From contig NW_008806275.1 in the NCBI RefSeq assembly GCF_000400465.1, positions 249,656 to 281,655 on the forward strand: a DNA stretch of 32,000 nt, in the 5' to 3' direction. Below the pieces are notes generated by a model. That model was not told where the DNA came from and searched no databases. It saw only the letters and a program-made list of their open reading frames with translations. The stretch is from Wallemia ichthyophaga EXF-994. Lineage: Eukaryota; Fungi; Basidiomycota. Shown in pieces: positions 29,308 through 32,000 of this stretch (position 1 is the stretch's first letter; each line of letters begins with the position of its first letter). A program made the position numbers and the translations under genes.

Positions 29308-31330
29308 CTATATTTCTCTCTGAAAAGCTCTAAAAATGTCTTGATACGAAGGTGCAGCGTGGTGATGCGATTGCGATTGATTCTGCGACTGTGACTGCAA
29401 CTGACTCACACCCCCAACCCCACTCTTACCACTCTCATACAGGTAGTCGTTGATGAGTTTCTTGGTTCCGTCGGTGATATGCGTCTCGTCCAACCCATTG
29501 CTGAGGTTTGTAACACTGTCGATGGTATCTGGCAGCGCGTGTGTGTAAGGCTGGACGCTGCTGGCTGATGAGAAGGTGGATGTAGATGTCGACGAGCAGC
29601 TCGAGCCTAATCCCGCCCCAACAATCACTCCATGACTGCTTGATTCCTGCGTTGTTCCCGGCAGTGCTTCCATATAACTGAACATCTGTGCCTCTGTTTC
29701 TGCTTCTGCCTTGGGTATGTCGATAGGTACACTCTGGGTATGTTGTGAAGGGATATCGCCGAAGACCTGGTTGATGTAGTTGAAATTGTCGTTGTGATAG
29801 TAGGTATCGCCAATATCGCCAATGCCACCAGCACCACTACCGTCAACACCCTCACTGCCATCTACATCCCCCAACACCATATCGAAATCGAAATCCATCC
29901 TTGCGTCACCCAAGTCGTCACCATACCCATGCCGCGTGAAATCAAGACCATATTCAAGACATGTGTTGTCTATAGCAGCCCATTCGTTAGCCAGATTTGC
30001 CGCTGTTGCCGGTGCGAGCATTACCGCTGGATCGTAAGCCAGATTGGAGAGTGAGGAGGCTTGCGGGTTTGCGTCTGAGTTTGACACGTCTAGTGCGGAA
30101 TCTGACACCCATCCACTCCCACTCCCATTCCCACTCACTTCCTTCTCTTCCATATTGATGTAGTGGTCCATTTCCAGTCGCAGGTAGGGCGGTATGGCGG
30201 ACATGTACATGTCTTCTGGGTGTGTTGGGTGCGCGTAGTGCTTGCACTGCGTGTAGCTGCTCGATGGCTCTGACTGTAAGAATGAGGGTGGTGATGACAG
30301 TGACTGTGAGTACGAGTGTGGATATGAACGTGAAGACGCCGATGCTGTGTCGCTGAATGTGAATGCTGGTAGCTGATTCTCACTCTCATCTATTTCTCGC
30401 TTCACTTGTGCCTCGTCAAAGCTGAGATCAACCGCGAGAGTATTACCAGCGTGTAAGGTTGTTTTCTTGTCATCCTCATGGTTTCTGCTCGCCTCCTCTC
30501 TCCTTCTAAGGCTGTTTCTACTTTTGGTTTGTGCGTTCGCTCTCCCGCGGCGTTGGCCGATGTAGCTAGTGTCCTGTTCGTTGTCGCTGTCATTCTTCTC
30601 ATACATTTCCGTTTCCATCTCCTTTTCGCGCGCCACTTCTGCTTCTTGTTTCTCCCTAATAAGCTCCTCCAGCTCTCTGTGCGCGTCTGTCTCTTTCCTA
30701 CGTGCGCTCTGCGCACCCCGCCCGCTCTTCACCGGCCGCTGTCCCCTCGCGGCGGACTTGGAGCGCACACCTCCACTCTCTTTCCTGCGCGGCTTGTATT
30801 GGTATTCGGGATACATGAGCTTATGCTCCCGCTTCACCTGCTCAGATTTGGCGAGGTAGTGCTCGCGCACCTCCTCCGTCTCATTCAGCCAGCGCGCAGA
30901 CAGATTTTTCGACAACTCCGTCTGTGACTCCCTCAGACACTGTGCCGGCTTCGCGGCCGCTTGCTCCTGTCTGTCGCAGTCGTGAGGTGTGACGTGTGCG
31001 TGTTGACATTTGCTACTCACTTGATCTTCGCTAGACTTTCCGACCGGTAGAGTATCCATGCACTGGTTGGGTGTGAGGCGATGCCGTGTGGTGCGCTGCT
31101 GCTCCAACTCACTTGGCTGGACGCGGCACTTTGGATTTGTTTCTTGATCTCGATTTCTTCGCCGGTTGTGGTGGGTTGATGTGGCTGTGGATGTGGATGT
31201 GTTTCGGATTCTCATTCTGACTCTGCCTCTGATCCAAAGACCCAACACAGATGAACTGTACATCTCCCTCCTTTATTTCGCTCATCTCGCTCATCGGTTT
31301 ATATTCTGAGACCTGTTCGCTTTCGAACAT
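29308..31330 (-). CDS. MATA-type HMG-box transcription factor
   Basis: ATG 31330. Two 50-nt-scale introns give KVPRPAN|AWILYRSESLAKIK|QEQ...QTELSKNLSARWLNETEEVREHYLAKSEQVKREHKLMYPEYQYKPRRK, a canonical HMG box, followed by a long low-complexity C-terminus. Confidence 0.9.
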
Positions 31331-31752
31331 ATGTAACACGTTGGAAGCCGTACTAAACGGTGACGACTAAGCTCCTTTTCGGCCATCGTTTTCAGTATTC
31401 ATCCGCGTTATCGCAATGTACCTTATTTGAGAGAACAATGACTTTTACGCATGGCTGACTAAGGCGGCCTAGCCGGTATCTTCTAAAACGAGTGAAACAC
31501 ACCATGCATGTCAATAAAAGTGCGCTGTATATTGTGATTTATTTATGCGCCATTTTGTTTCATTTTGAGGTGGATTAATCGATATTTCTCAATTTTTGCA
31601 CATGCAGGCACACCCCACCGCCTTGAGACAACCCTTTTTTGAGAGATGCATGACGAGTATTCAGATGGTGTGGAGGTGTGCGTAAGTGTAACGAGTTGTA
31701 AGGCTAGTACATCCTGGCTAATGCGTGTCGTGAGCGTGTCGAGTACACCTCT

Positions 31753-32000
31753 TTATACCCTCCTCAGGGCGATAAAGTGGTGATGTACCTCAGGTCTGTG
31801 CACCGCTCTACCATCTCCATCGCTTGATGTTGCATCTTGTGCGCGTATCGACCACCGCTTCTCAATCCGCCAGGCGGGGCACTCGGCAAGGACCTCGAAC
31901 CTGAATGGCGAGTAGGAGCAGAGTAACCACCATCCGCCGCATCTAACGACACGTGCTAGATTCAACGCAAGCGCATATACCGGACTATGGAGTGTCCCTG
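31753..32000 (-). CDS. 3' end of a probable class I SAM-dependent methyltransferase (Efm4/METTL13-like)
   Basis: Frame open to the window edge: ...VYALALNLARVVRCGGWWLLCSYSPFRF...WRIEKRWSI...VHRPEVHHHFIALRRV*. It resembles the post-motif-II 'rvLkpGG.w...sy' strand of methyltransferases. Confidence 0.45.
   Translation of the reverse strand, partial: GTLHSPVYALALNLARVVRCGGWWLLCSYSPFRFEVLAECPAWRIEKRWSIRAQDATSSDGDGRAVHRPEVHHHFIALRRV

Noticed and set aside
30949-31263. N-terminal 100 aa of the 651-aa ORF 29308..31263 as real protein
   Set aside because: This is out-of-frame exon and intron read-through. The true N-terminus comes from ATG 31330 via two introns that reconstitute the HMG box.
29308-32000. 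Mating-type locus
   Set aside because: There is no STE3 receptor, CAAX pheromone or homeodomain gene in view. An HMG box alone is insufficient.
1-32000. tRNA, rRNA or transposable elements
   Set aside because: No cloverleaf, rRNA-like, transposase or reverse-transcriptase signature was recognised by eye. tRNAscan-SE, Infernal and RepeatMasker were not run.

Overview
Gene-dense fungal (basidiomycete) genomic DNA with many short GT-AG introns (about 44-56 nt). Gene content, intron size and compactness suggest a Wallemia-like genome, but this is inference and not a database match. I can support about 19 protein-coding genes. From about 5.7 to 32 kb these are mostly housekeeping: an SH3 membrane protein, a CSN8-like protein, MET1, a 4-TM protein, a Pil1-like eisosome protein, a MIT-like protein, NOP2, SDH1, a FOX2-like protein, two Zn2Cys6 transcription factors, CBP3, a YAR1-like ankyrin protein, CIA30, an HMG-box factor and a partial methyltransferase. 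The stand-out is 0.4-5.25 kb: three co-oriented genes for secreted, Kex2-site-punctuated, His/Gln/Glu-rich repeat precursors that share a motif (SG[QEK][YW]xxxL[WYF]) I do not recognise. One is built from a 263-bp exon+intron module repeated almost perfectly. Another has a frameshift exactly at the edge of an 18-nt minisatellite. Also notable is a FOX2-like gene that stops after its two dehydrogenase domains with a PTS1 (-AKL) and has no hydratase domain. No rRNA, tRNA, CRISPR array or mobile element was seen. Exon boundaries were deduced by hand.
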